In this document: one piece after another, positions 11,522-23,448 of the stretch
Layout: each line of letters starts with the position of its first letter
How positions within the stretch are numbered: position 1 is the stretch's first letter
Origin: Hyaloraphidium curvatum SAG 235-1
Taxonomy: Eukaryota; Fungi; Monoblepharomycota
Direction: 5' to 3'
Length of the DNA: 64,000 nt
Assembly (NCBI GenBank): GCA_025558095.1
Contig: JAIVFI010000019.1
Span: 124,001-188,000 of the forward strand
Translations under genes and position numbers: made by a program
The notes under the pieces: model-generated
What the model was told of the DNA's origin: nothing
What the model saw: only the letters and a program-made list of their open reading frames with translations
Databases searched by the model: none

Positions 11522-13445
11522 ATGTCGTCCGGCTCGCCCGTGCACATCGCCGGCGGCCTGCCGCCCGTGGCGCTGCCCCCGCCCGCCCCGCTGTCGACCG
11601 TGCTCGCGCCGTCGTCGACCGCCGTCGCCCCGCGCTTCCCAGGCGACCCGGCCGCGCGCTCCAACGGCCGCGACCCGTACCCGTACATCCCCGGCTTCAT
11701 GAGCTACTGCGTGTCCGAGGCGCTGCCCGGCGCGCTGCCGGACGGCCAGAACTCGCCCCAGGTCGCGCCCTACGGCCTGTACGCAGAGCAGCTCAGCGGC
11801 ACCGCATTCACCGTCGGCAGGCACGAGAACCTGAGGAGGTTTGAAAGGCCGCCGCTTCGGTCGCGTGTTCACGACGCTAACCTTCTCTTCCGGTCGTGAT
11901 TCCGGCTCCCACTCCCCTAATCTCCCTCCCTCTACCAAGCTGGTTGTACCGCATCCGCCCCTCGGTGTGCCAGTCGCACTTCACCCCCCTGGCCTACCCC
12001 CGCTGCGTCCCCGCCAACCCGCCCCCGCTCGTCTCGGAGTTCGCCCCCTCGCTGCCCTACGTCGTCGCGACCCCCGAGCACTCGCGCTTCCCGCCCTTCC
12101 CGCTGCCCAAGAAGGGCGACCCCGAGGCGGACCTCGACTTTTGGGAGGGGCTGCGGACCGTGTGCGGCGTGGGGAGCGCGAGCAACAAGATCGGCCTTGC
12201 GGTGCACGTCTACTTTTTCGCGAGGCAGGCGCCCAGGAGGGCCGGGTACTCGTCGGACGGTGACTTCCTGATCGGTGGGTCCGCGAGCGGGTGGTCGGAG
12301 TCCCACTACGGAGCTGACCGCACAGTTGATTGTGGCCCACAGTTCCCCAGCAAGGCATCCTCGACATCACCACCGAATTCGGCCGCCTCTCCGTCTCCCC
12401 CAACGAGATCGCCGTCGTCCAGCGCGGCATCAAGTTCCGCGTCGGCACCATGGACGGCGAGCCCGCGCGCGGCTACGTGCTCGAGCTGCACGCGGGCCAC
12501 TTCGACCTGCCGGACCTCGGGCCCATCGGCGCAAACGGGCTGGCGAACCACAGGGACTTCATGAACCCGGTGGCGTACTACGAGGACGATGCGGAGGAGT
12601 GGGAGCTGGTGTGCAAGTTCCAGGGGAAGCTGTGGAGGGCGAGCATGGTGGGTTGGCGGAGGCGTTCGTCGCCGATTCTTGGTTGACGCCTTGTCCGACG
12701 TTGATCCACAGGACCACTCGCCCTTTGACGTCGTAGCATACCACGGCAACTACGTGCCCTACAAGTACGACCTGGCAAAGTTCTGCGCCGTCAACTCGGT
12801 CTCCTTCGACCACATCGGTGGGGATGGAAAACAGGGGTCGGCAATGTCTGTTGCTGACGAAGCGTTCATTGCCGCCCCCACAGACCCGTCGATCTACACG
12901 GTCCTCACGGCCAAGAACCCGGCCACGCCCGGCACGGCGACCGCGGACTTTGTCATCTTCCCCCCTCGCTGGACCGGTGCGTCTCCCTTTGCGCCGTCTA
13001 CCTGCACGATACCTGACACTCCCCCCCGCCTCTTTCAGTCATGGAAAACAGCTTCCGCCCCCCGTGGTACCACCGCAACACCATGTCCGAGTTCATGGGC
13101 CTCATCCAGGGCGCCTACGAAGCCAAGGGCCGCGGCCTCCTCGCCGGCGGCGCCACCCTGCACCCCTGCATGACCTCGCACGGCCCCGACAGCGGGCTGT
13201 TCCTCGGCGCCAGCCGCGCGCCGCTCAAGCCCGAGCGGGTGGCCGACGGCACGCAGACGTTCATGTTCGAGGCCGCGGGGATGCTGGTGCTCACCGAGTG
13301 GGCGATGGGAAGGAGGGATACGAGCGAGGAGTACGTGAGGGGGAGCTGGAGCGGGCTGAGGAGGCAGTTCGATCCAACAAAGAGGCAGGTGGAGGTGGTG
13401 CCCGAGGGGAGGGCCGTGTCGGGGGCTAAGGCTGCCAGGCTTTGA
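11522..13445 (+). CDS. hmgA: Homogentisate 1,2-dioxygenase, multi-exon
   Basis: [75 protein letters not shown]. Confidence 0.97.
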
Positions 13446-13618
13446 GGCGGATCCGCAGTAGTTGGAGAAGGAGCCGTGTGGCCCGTATGCAATTCAAAAA
13501 GTGTTGATCGTCGTTGGTGATGGTCCGGAGGACTTCGGCAAGATCTCGATCGAGTGTCTCCCGTCTCTCTCCATCTCCCTCCCGCCAGGGACGTCGCGAC
13601 CGGCCTCTGGCGTCCACG

Positions 13619-14632
13619 ATGGCCACCAACACGTACAACGCGCGCAACCTCGTCGGTTATGGAGAGAACGCGCCGGACCCGAAGTGGCCCGGCGGCGCGA
13701 AGGTCTGCGTGTCCTTCGTCGTCAACTACGAGGAAGGCGGAGAATCGTCGATCGAGGAGGGCGACAAGGGGCCCGAGTTCATTCTCCACGAGAATCCTCG
13801 TTCGGCACCGCAGCGCGGGATCCGCGACATCAACGTTGAAACGCAGTACGAGTACGGGTCGCGTGCCGGCGTTTGGAGGCTCCTCCGGCTCTTCAAGTCG
13901 CGCGGAATGAAGTTTTGCGGCTACATCGTGGCCCGCGCCGCCGAAAGGAACCCGGAGGCGATCAAGGCGATGGTGCGGGACGGGCACGAGGTCGCCTCCC
14001 ACCACTACCGGTGGATCAACTACCAGCGGCTGCCCGAGGCCGTGCACCGCGAGCACATCCGGAAGGTCGTCGAGACACTGCGTTCCATCGCGGGATATGC
14101 CCCCATCGGCTGGTACGCCGGCCGGATTACGCCCGAGTCGCGCCGCTGGCTGGTCGAAGAGTACGAGAAGATGGGCCTTCCGCTCGCCTGGGACTCGGAC
14201 TTCTACAACGACGACCTTCCGTTCTACGAAAAGTTCTCGCTCCCTTCTGGCGACCGGTGGTCGCTCATCATCCCCTACAGCTGGAGCAACAACGACGCCA
14301 AGTTCGTGCTGCCCACCATGGGCTTTGCCGATCCCCGGGGATACTTCGAGCACCTCAAGATGGCGCTGGACCAGCTCCTCGAGGAGGGCCGCGCCGGGCA
14401 CCCCCGCATGATGTCCATCGGGCTCCACTGCCGCATCGTCGGGCATCCTGCCCGCGCTCGCGCACTGGCGGAGTTCATGGACTACATCAAGTCGCTCGGG
14501 AGCGAGGTCTGGGTCGCGACGCGGGCCGAGATCGCGGCGCACTGGCGCTCGGTGCACCCGCCGCCGCCTGGAGCAAAGGATGCGGGGGAAGGCGTCGGGC
14601 CGATACCTGGGCAGGTCAAGGCGAATCTGTGA
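13619..14632 (+). CDS. PuuE-type allantoinase / CE4 polysaccharide deacetylase family protein, intronless
   Basis: RNLVGYG..PDPKWPGGAKVCVSFVVNYEEGGE, YEYGSRAGVWRL, GHEVASHHYRW, MMSIGLHCRIVGHPAR. Confidence 0.9.
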   Translation: MATNTYNARNLVGYGENAPDPKWPGGAKVCVSFVVNYEEGGESSIEEGDKGPEFILHENPRSAPQRGIRDINVETQYEYGSRAGVWRLLRLFKSRGMKFCGYIVARAAERNPEAIKAMVRDGHEVASHHYRWINYQRLPEAVHREHIRKVVETLRSIAGYAPIGWYAGRITPESRRWLVEEYEKMGLPLAWDSDFYNDDLPFYEKFSLPSGDRWSLIIPYSWSNNDAKFVLPTMGFADPRGYFEHLKMALDQLLEEGRAGHPRMMSIGLHCRIVGHPARARALAEFMDYIKSLGSEVWVATRAEIAAHWRSVHPPPPGAKDAGEGVGPIPGQVKANL

Positions 14633-15039
14633 AGAAGGCCATCGCCTTCGTTGGTCTCAGGTACGACATGGCGGCCGGGGTATCCTTATGCCTGGCTAAT
14701 GATTTCTTTTCTGTTGCAGCGGCCGAGAGTGGGTCAGAGTGTAGCAGCGGACTTTACGGGAGGCAGGATGACGTTGGACGATCGAGAACCAACGTAGCAT
14801 GGGACCGTTCCTGTAAATGGTTCGCGTCAAGAGGGCCCTTGTCAAGCTCTTCATGCCGCTCCCTCATTCCCGCAAGCGACAGCGACGAATGCCTTTCAAA
14901 AACGTGAGTCGAACGTGGGGACGCGGGTCACGATCGAATCGGCGTCGACTCGTCACACACCACTCGTGCTTCGATTCCCCGAGTTCTGCACACCGCATCC
15001 ACCAATCCGACCCTGCTCTCTCCTCGCAACCAAGCAGCC

Positions 15040-16163
15040 ATGCCTCTTACCGAGCAGCAGGCCACCGACGCCTTCCGCGCCTGGGTCTCCAACTGCAACG
15101 CGCACCTCGGCACCCCCGGAGCCATGACCGACTTCGACTGGGCGTGGAAGCTCAACGGGGATCCCAAGAACTTTGTCTACGTGCACACGCTCGAGTGGGC
15201 ATCTCATTCCGAGGGATGACGTGGGGAGGTCTGACCCGTGCGGGCAGGATCGCTGTGGGGAGGGACGAATCGGACAAGGCTCTCGGACGGATCGCCGAAG
15301 CCGGGATGGGCATCGACGAGCCCGAAGGTGTGACTGCGTACATGAACTACGGTTCGGGAGTGCACGTCGTCGTGGGGAAGGTCGCCACGCACTCTGTGAA
15401 GGAGTTCCTTCCCGGTGGCCCCAAGAGTACGCTCGCACACGCCCACACTGTGCTCACTCACTATCTGATGCGCCTTCCCCTTTTCCTGCCCAGCCATCAA
15501 GGCCACGGCTCGGCTCCACCTCGACGACGGCGGCAAGATCATCCGCATCGAGTCGATCGTCGACCCCGAGACCCGTCCCGCCCTCTTCGAGGCCATGCTC
15601 AAGACCACTGGGTCCCCGAAGGGCGCCGCGGAGGCCGAGCATGCGCTCCGCTCGCTGGTTGACACGTTCCAGACCCGCAACGTGGACAAGATCTTGGAAT
15701 CTTGCACCGAAGACCTGCAGTGGATCGCGCCGACCGGTTTGTTCCGGGGAAAAGGTGAGCCGGTGGATCGGCGGTATGCGGGCGAGGCTGACTTTGTGGA
15801 ATCAGGGGAGGAGATGAAAAAGGGCCTTCTCTCGCTGTGGATCGATGTCGTCGGCATGGACGGCTCCGAAATCACCGGCCCCATCCGCACCATACCGCAC
15901 CACCGCGCCGAGGCCAAGGTCACGTTCAAGTTCGGGAAAGCCCCCGACAGCCTCGAGATCAAGGGTGAGGCGCGTACCCCACAAGAACGATTGGGCTCAA
16001 GGCCTTCCGCTCCGCAGAGCTGTCCACCACGCTGTCGGTGCAGGTCAACCCGGAGGGCAAAGTCACTCGCGTGGCACCGCTCCAGGTCGAGGAGAAGGAG
16101 TTCGAGGACGCGCGCAAGGTCCTGGCGTGGGCGATGGCAAACGCAGGCAAGGGGAAAGCATGA
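15040..16163 (+). CDS. Hypothetical protein, probably tandem SnoaL/NTF2-like domains, multi-exon
   Basis: GT-AG introns join exons reading ALRSLVDTFQTRNVDKILESCTEDLQWIAPTGLFRGK and RLHLDDGGKIIRIES, which fit an NTF2-like pattern. Confidence 0.5.
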
Positions 16164-16368
16164 AGCGGGCGAGCCCGGGCGCCAGGGTTGCTGGGGACAG
16201 TCGGCTCTCTGCCGGGACAGGCCAAGGCGAATCCTGAAGGATAATCCATGTTTTTTTGTTGCTTTTGTCTGCGAATCGAAACGGAGTCAGCTCGGCTAAA
16301 GTTGTGTGCGTCCCTGCCGCCTGTAGCTGCGCCACGACTTCGAAGTCACACACCGTCACCACCTTCAA

Positions 16369-17836
16369 ATGGAACGAATCTCGCGCGAATCTGCTACTCC
16401 GACGCCCTCTGTCTCCACGCTATCTGGCCGCGACTCCCCTCCCCGCGGGGACAAGGCAGCCGAGCCGCCGTCTCTCTTGCGAGCGGCCCTCACCCGCCTC
16501 GATGATGCCGCGGCACATCTCGCGCTGCAGCCGTCCACCCTCGAACGGCTCCACTTACCGAAAGAGACCCTCAAGGCGCGCCTCGAGGTGCGCATGGACA
16601 ATGGCGAAAAGAAGTTCTTCGAGGCCTGGAGGGTTCGATGGGACGACGCCAGGGGACCGACAAAGGGCGGGATCCGCTTCCACCCCGATGCCTGCGAGGG
16701 CGAGGCCCAAACGCTGGCATTCTGGATGACCATCAAATGCGCGGTGGCAATGCTGCCGTTCGGAGGCGGCAAGGGCGCCGTCCGAGTCGACCCCCGTCAG
16801 CTGTCGAACACTGAGCTGGAGCGTCTCTCGCGGGCCTATGCCAGGGCATTTGCCCGGATCATTGGGCCGGATCGCGACATTCCGGCCCCTGACGTCTACA
16901 CCAACGGTTGGTTTCGGTCCCTCTGTCCTTTATTCGGGGATCACTGTCTGACGCTGCCAACTACTGACGATCATCCCGTCGGGCAGCCCAAACCATGGCC
17001 TGGATCGCCGATGAGTATTCAACCATCGTCGGATCTCCCCAGCCCGCTGTGATCACCGGCAAGCCCATCCCGTTGGGCGGCTCCCTCGGCCGCGGTGACG
17101 CCACCGCCCGCGGCGGGTACTACCTGCTCAACCACCTTCGCACCGAGCTGGGCCTCCCAGAGCGGATGCGGGTCTCGATACAGGGCCTGGGCAACGCCGG
17201 GCTGCACCTCGCCCAGCTGCTCGCCGCCGACGGGCACCTGATCGTCGCTGTCTCGGACTCCAAGGGCGCAGTGGCCAACGCCGCGGGCCTGGACGTCGCC
17301 AAGCTGGAACAGATCAAGGCGCGTCACGGCTCCGTCGTTGAGCTCGCCGGCGATCAAGCCGGAACCGAGATCATTCCTGCGGAAGGGGTGGTCTCGGCCG
17401 ATTGCGACCTCTTCGCCCCCTCCGCCCTTGAGAACATGGTGCACGAAGGGAACGCCAAGAGCGTCATGGCCAAGGCCGTGCTGGAGCTCGCCAACGGGCC
17501 CGTGACCCCCGAAGCTGACCATATCCTGGAGGCCAAGGGAGTCGTGGTCGTGCCCGACATCCTCGCCAACGCTGGAGGCGTAACCGTCTCGTACTTCGAA
17601 TGGGTTCAAAACCGTGCCGGCTTCTACTGTAGGTCTTTGTGATCGTTTTCTACTCCAAAGCTAACGCGGATTGTCCGCCAGGGACGCTGGCCGAGGTCCA
17701 CCAAAAGCTCAAGGAGATCATGGAGAGAGAAGGATCGTCAGTGTGGAAAATCAAGTCGGACAAGAAGATCTCGATGCGGACCGCCGCGTACGTGCTCGCC
17801 GTCGGCCGGCTGGGCGAGGCGATCGAGGCCGCTTGA
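16369..17836 (+). CDS. gdhA: Glu/Leu/Phe/Val dehydrogenase (glutamate dehydrogenase), two introns
   Basis: [69 protein letters not shown]. Confidence 0.93.
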
Positions 17837-17922
17837 GTCCGACGTCGAAGAGCCAATGATATTGCATCTATCCATGCCATAAGTAGTTTCAGTTTCACAA
17901 CTTCCTTCCTTCCGCTATTCCG

Positions 17923-20900
17923 CTATTGAACAGTGATCCGCACCGGCTGGTATCCACCGAACCACATCTGCTTGTCCGAGATCACCGGAGGCACGTCGTA
18001 ATCCGGCACCGATGGCACCCCTTGCGAGTCCCATGCCACCACGAAAAGCTCGTGCTGCCCCTTGGAGAGCCCGCCGAGGTCGACTTCGGTCGAGAAGTAC
18101 AGGTACGAAACACCCGGAGCGGGGAACGTCCACGTCTGCACGGTCCGCTGGTCGACTTGCAGCTCCAAGCGGACGATCCCTGAATAGGATGCAAGTCAGT
18201 GGGGACTAGATTTGAAGGCTGCCCAGCACCCACCGTAGGTCTTGCCGAACGTCTGCAGCCCGAACGCCGTGTGCGCCTGCAGTTGCAGCAGGATCATGGG
18301 CGTTGAGATTACGAATCCTTCAGGTGTGGCGAACGCCTGGCGCTGGGGCCCGTCGAACCAGAGAACGTTCTGCTCGCCCACGCGCGCAATCATGGCACCC
18401 GGTCCGACCTGCACCCACGAAGAGGGGTGGAAGGAAGGCCGCACGAGCGGCGGGAACCAGGGCTGCGGCTGCGTGTAGGGCCCGTCGTAGCCCGGTGGGT
18501 ACTCCACCTCGACGAGAACGTCGCCGATCATCATGTTGGCCGGGAGTTGGATTGTGAGAGTGTTGGTGGGGAGCAGTGCCGAGGCCGGAACCTCCAAGAT
18601 GTACCCGCGCGGGTTGGCGCTCTGGATCCTGCCCATTGTGGTGTTGACCGGCGGCGAGCCCATGATCAAGCGGCGGCAGGTCGTGTTGCGGCCCCAGACC
18701 GTGTACGCGAGCGAGTTGAAGCAGATGATGGCGTCCCCGTCCATGAAGCGGCGCTCGGACCAAGAATCGCCGTGCCGCGAGAACTTGACGCGGGCTCCCG
18801 TGGCCCGGTCGAACGGATCCGGGATCGCGATGGTGAAGGTGTTGGCCTGGGTAGACAGCGTGGGGCCCACTAGCCGGTACGCCGCCGAGTTGGTACCCCG
18901 GTATTGGCGGACGACCCGCTGCACTCCCGAAACGGAAGTGAATCCGAAGTTGTCCCTTCACGGAGATGGCTCAGTTGGAATCGCATATGGGGCGATCCAG
19001 GACACTCACCAGTGCACAGTAACTTCTGGTATAGAGTTGGCTTTGGAGACGTTGGCAAACTGGTGGAACCGCACCGAGGCCTGCCACGGATCGATCAGCG
19101 CACGCCGCGGAAACGAAAGTCGGCATTCCGCACCCGTTCGAAAGGCAAGTTGAGCCCCGACGGGATGTCGAACAGGCGCACCCCCGAGACGTCGACGGTC
19201 ATGGAATCCTTCGAGATGCGGAACACGAAGGGCCGCCGGACGTTGGGCGTGAGCGCGATGCCGACCTCCTTCTTGATGTCGTAGACCTTGGCGAGGAGCT
19301 TCATCCCCATGCCCGTGTCGACGTCGATACCGCTCTCGCCGGCGGCGATGTGGAAGCGCAGGCCGCCCATGGGGATCGGCGACGGCGGCCTCAAAGGCCG
19401 GTGCGACGGGCCGGAAGAGGAGAAGCGGTCCTCGTCCGGATCGCCGGTGATATCGATGAACCCTGAAAGACGGAAGGTTAGTGTGGCTGGGGATGTTGTC
19501 ACACGGAACCCACAGTAGTTGCTCGAGAATGCGGCGTCGAAATCGACGACGAGCGTCCCGGTGGTCCCCGTGAAGTCGAACACCCCCAACGCCCGCGAAG
19601 TGACCAGCGCCGGCCTGAAAGTACAAGCAAGTCAGCCCACTAGTGAGCTGTTCGTCACGGAATCTACGTACGTCATCATTGTAAGGTCGGTGTTTCCGCA
19701 CGCACTGTTGGTTTTGACGCCATTGTGCGCGTGGAATTGCCTGCGAGCAAAACGGTCAGGTTCCACTATCCCAATCGCTCCGGATGGGACGCACCCGTTG
19801 ATAAAGTTGCTGGACCCCGCCGCGTCGCTGCACATCGAGTACGAGGTGACCCATTTAGTCTGGTCGAACGGCCCGGCGGCCAGGTTGAAGTCGTCGAAGA
19901 ACCCGTTCATGGTCCTCCTCAGCTCGTCCACCCTCGCCGAGTTGCTCTGGAACCTGATCTCGGCGCTCGGCGCGCTCATGCGGCCCTCCATGCCCCTGGC
20001 GATCGACACCGTCTGCACGTACGCGCCGTAGACCACCCCGGGGAGCAGCGGCTGGATTTGGATGGCGCGGTTGGGCGTGCTCATGACGGTGGTCTGCGCC
20101 GGGTTGTCGACGGGGTACCAGGTGACCTGGTAGCCGCTCGTCCGGTTGTCCCAGAAACGCGAGCCAAAGTCGTCCCAGTTGCCGCGGCCCCGCCAGATTA
20201 GCGTGGCCATCCTATCGTCCTCGATGGCCTCCAGCCCCTGCGGCACGGGCACTGCGTCCAGCTGCGCCACCGGGAACAGCCTGATCCCCGATCCGATCGT
20301 CGACGGCTTGCCCAGGTCGGCCACCACCCGCACCGCCTGCGTCCTGCCCGGCCACACCCCCTGCGGCGCGACCGCCTGGATTCTCGTGTAGACGGGGTAT
20401 CCCCCGTTCCCCGCCGAATCGAAGCACCTCGCCTCGACCTCCACCGTCTGCGCGCCCTGCGCCGCGGCCCAGTCCACCGCCCCCGCGAGGTCCACGTCGA
20501 ACCCCTCGTTCGCGTACCCGACCCCGTTGCCCGGGTACGTCCACGTCCTGACCTCCCTCCCGTTGGCCAGCACCCTCACGCTCCCGATCCCCATGCGCAT
20601 GGCCTCGGACCCGCGGAAGTAGCCCGCGAAATCGGACCACGCCTCCACGCCCGCGTACGCCATCGCCGCCCGCGCGCGGATCGTCCCCGCGAGGCCGGCG
20701 CGCGCGTCCATGGAGAGGTCGGTGCCCGCGAGGGAGGTGATGCGGCACGCGGGGCCGGTGCCGGCCCAGGAGACCGTGGGTTCCGGGTCGGATGCGAGCG
20801 CGGGGAGGAGCCAGTGCGCCGGCGGGGTGTAGGCGGGTGCGGGGAGGGGGTAGGTGAGCTCCACGTGCAGGTCGCCGAGCATCGCCGCGGTCTCGAGGTG

Positions 20901-23195
20901 GAACACGAAGGTGTTTTCGCCCTGCGCGAGCCAGGAGGGGTCCAGCCGCACCAGCCACGGGGAGGACGGCATGTCGGGGACCCCGTAGCGCGCCATGGCG
21001 TCGAGGCTGGGGGCGTCGAACGCCGAATCCTGCACGGGCGAGGCGCAGGGGATCGTCCGACCCCCACTCGTGCCGTAGATGCTCACGGCGGTCCCCGAAT
21101 CGGCGCCGGGCGCGAGGATGCACAGCATGTTGCGCATCGAGTGGAAGTCCTGCCCCCGGAAGTCGTTGAACTGGAAGTGCAGCACCGCCATGCTCGCCGC
21201 CGCCGGATCCGAGGCCAGCTGCACACGGAACGCGGCGGGGCTGTTGGGCAGCGCCCCGCGGTAGCTCGCCTGCGTCGACGCCGGGAAGTCCTGCACGGCC
21301 GTCTCGTCCTTGGGCTGCGCCGCTCCCTCCCCGCCAAAGAACAGGTTGTCCAGCGCCACCCTGACCACCGGCTCCGCAGCGACCGTCATCGTGTCGTTGG
21401 CCGTGACCACGAACACGGCCTGCGCCATGTCCCACCCCATCCCGGGCACCGCGGCGTCGATCACCGTCCTCCCCGACACCCGCACCTCGATCCTCCCTTT
21501 CGACGCGCGCACGAGCACCGGCCTCCGCAGCCCTGGCACGCCGAACCCCGTGTCGAAGGACCCGTCGAGCTGCCCCGAGCCGAGCTGCGTGGTCCAGCGC
21601 CGCGAGAGCGTGAGCATGCCGCCGACCTGCTGCAGCCGCAGGAAGTCGTCCCGCGGGCCGAAGGCGGGGTGCAGCCGCGAGGCGGGGAGGCCCGAGGTGC
21701 CGTGGCCCGGCGCGGGGCCGTCGGCCGACGGTATGGGGACGAGGTACAGCTCGAACCGCGAGGGCCAGCCGGGGGTGGCGTCGGTTTCGAAGCCCAGGAG
21801 CCCCGTGCGGCCGCGGAAGTCGAGCAGATGCAGGGGTTTGAGCGAGATCGAGGCCGGGGAGCCGGGCGGGCACACGGGGGACACCGCGGAGCGCACGGTC
21901 ATGACGAGGTAGTCCGAAGGCACGTAGGCCGCGGTGACGTCGGGGTCGGCGCACAGCGAGTGGTGCGACTTGATGCCCTCGGGCACCGTGCGCGGGGCGT
22001 TGAAGTCCCAGAACCTTTCCGCGGATGCGCGCAGCCCGTCCACCCTCGCCCGCCCGAGGTCGAGGTCCACGCCCACGGTGCGCGGGCTCGGCTCCGCGCC
22101 GCTCTTGCCGACGGATCGCAGCTCGCACATCCACCTGCGCGACACCGCGAGCTCCGCCGGGGTCAGGTCCACCTGCACCGCGCGGAACGGGGTCACGTGC
22201 GAGCGGCCGTCCGCCAGCGGCACCGGGTTCGACAGGTCGGCGACGGGGAAGCATCCGACGAGGAAGCCGCCCAGCGCGCCATAGCTGTCCCAGTAGCGCG
22301 ACATGGAGGAGCGCATCCAGCGGTTGGCGTTCGGGGTGCCCCAGGCCAGCGAGAAGGACGAGTCCGAGAGCAGAAGGACCGAGGGCTGCGGCGCTGCGGG
22401 CAGGTTCTTGGAGTCGGAGGTCGGGTACGGCAGGGCGCCGCGGGGCTCGGCGGTCTTGACGGGGGCCAGCACCCGCGAGGTCGTCGGCACCAGCCTGCGG
22501 GTCGTGAGGCGCGTCGTGCGCACGATGACGGCGCGCTTCCTGGTCGTGATGACCACCTTGGTGCTGGTGCGCCTCTTGGTCGTGGCCCGCCGTTTGGTGG
22601 TCGAGCGGCGCTTCCTGGTCGTCGTGCGCCTCCTCTTTGTGCTCGTGCGCCGCTTCTTCGTCGTCTTCCTGGCCGTCTTTTTCCGCGTTGTCTTCCGGCG
22701 CCGCACGGTCGTCTTGAGCTGGCGGGCCGCCAGCTCCCTGCGCCTTAGCAGGTGTGCCTCCATCGCCGCGTCGGCCTCCGCGGCACGCTCCACCGCAGCA
22801 GCGGCGGACCCCTGCTCGGCGGCCAGCGCGGCGGCGATCCCGGCCTCGGCGGCGGCGCGCAGCGCCTCTGCTGCGCCCTTCTCCGCGACCTCAGCGCGGC
22901 GCTGCGCCTCGCGCTCGGCGATGGCCAGGTCGTCGAGGCCGAGCGGGCGGTCGCCGTCTAGCACGGGCGCCGCACCCCCGTCGGATCGGCCTCTAATCGC
23001 CCCCCCAAGTCCTCCCCCCGATTTAAGCGGTCCGTTGGGCCGGCTTCCGGGGTGTGCGGCGGCGGCGAGCCCCGCAAGGGCGGCGGCGAGCACGAGCAGA
23101 AACGGGAGCCGTGCCGCCGCCCATCGGCCGCCCCACCGCCACCCGCCGCCGCCCGCCGCCCCGCGATCGGCTCGCAGGCACGTCGCGCCGTCCAT
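17923..23195 (-). CDS. Large secreted/surface protein with a K/R/T-rich tract and two tandem ~600-700 aa beta-rich modules (each with an FN3-like start), multi-exon
   Basis: Signal-like LPFLLVLAAALAGLAAA; 1220-aa ORF plus downstream exons 19095-19589, 18196-18924 and 17923-18168 that align to the first module. Confidence 0.75.
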
Positions 23196-23448
23196 AGGGC
23201 GGTCGCCGAGGTCGCCCGGGGCCAGGCCGCGTGCAGTCCCCTGCCCGGCGGTGTGACTGCTCTTGGGTGGCTGGTGCGGGCGGCGTCCCTCCAAACCGCA
23301 CCGCGCAACGGCACTCCAGGCATCGGCCAGATCGGGGCTGCCGCGCTCCGGATTCCATATGGGATCGACGGTGGACAGCCTTCAGGTGAACATCCATGAT
23401 TGAGCTGTATCTCAGCCGTCTAGACCGTCTAGGGGGCGCCATGCTCAT

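Noticed and set aside
11522-17836. HGD - allantoinase - GDH as a nitrogen-scavenging cluster
   Set aside because: The enzymes belong to unrelated pathways; co-orientation alone is weak evidence in a gene-dense genome
20212-22748. Alternative-frame 644-680 aa Arg/Gly/Pro-rich ORFs over the large surface protein gene
   Set aside because: Off-frame products of very high GC content with few stop codons
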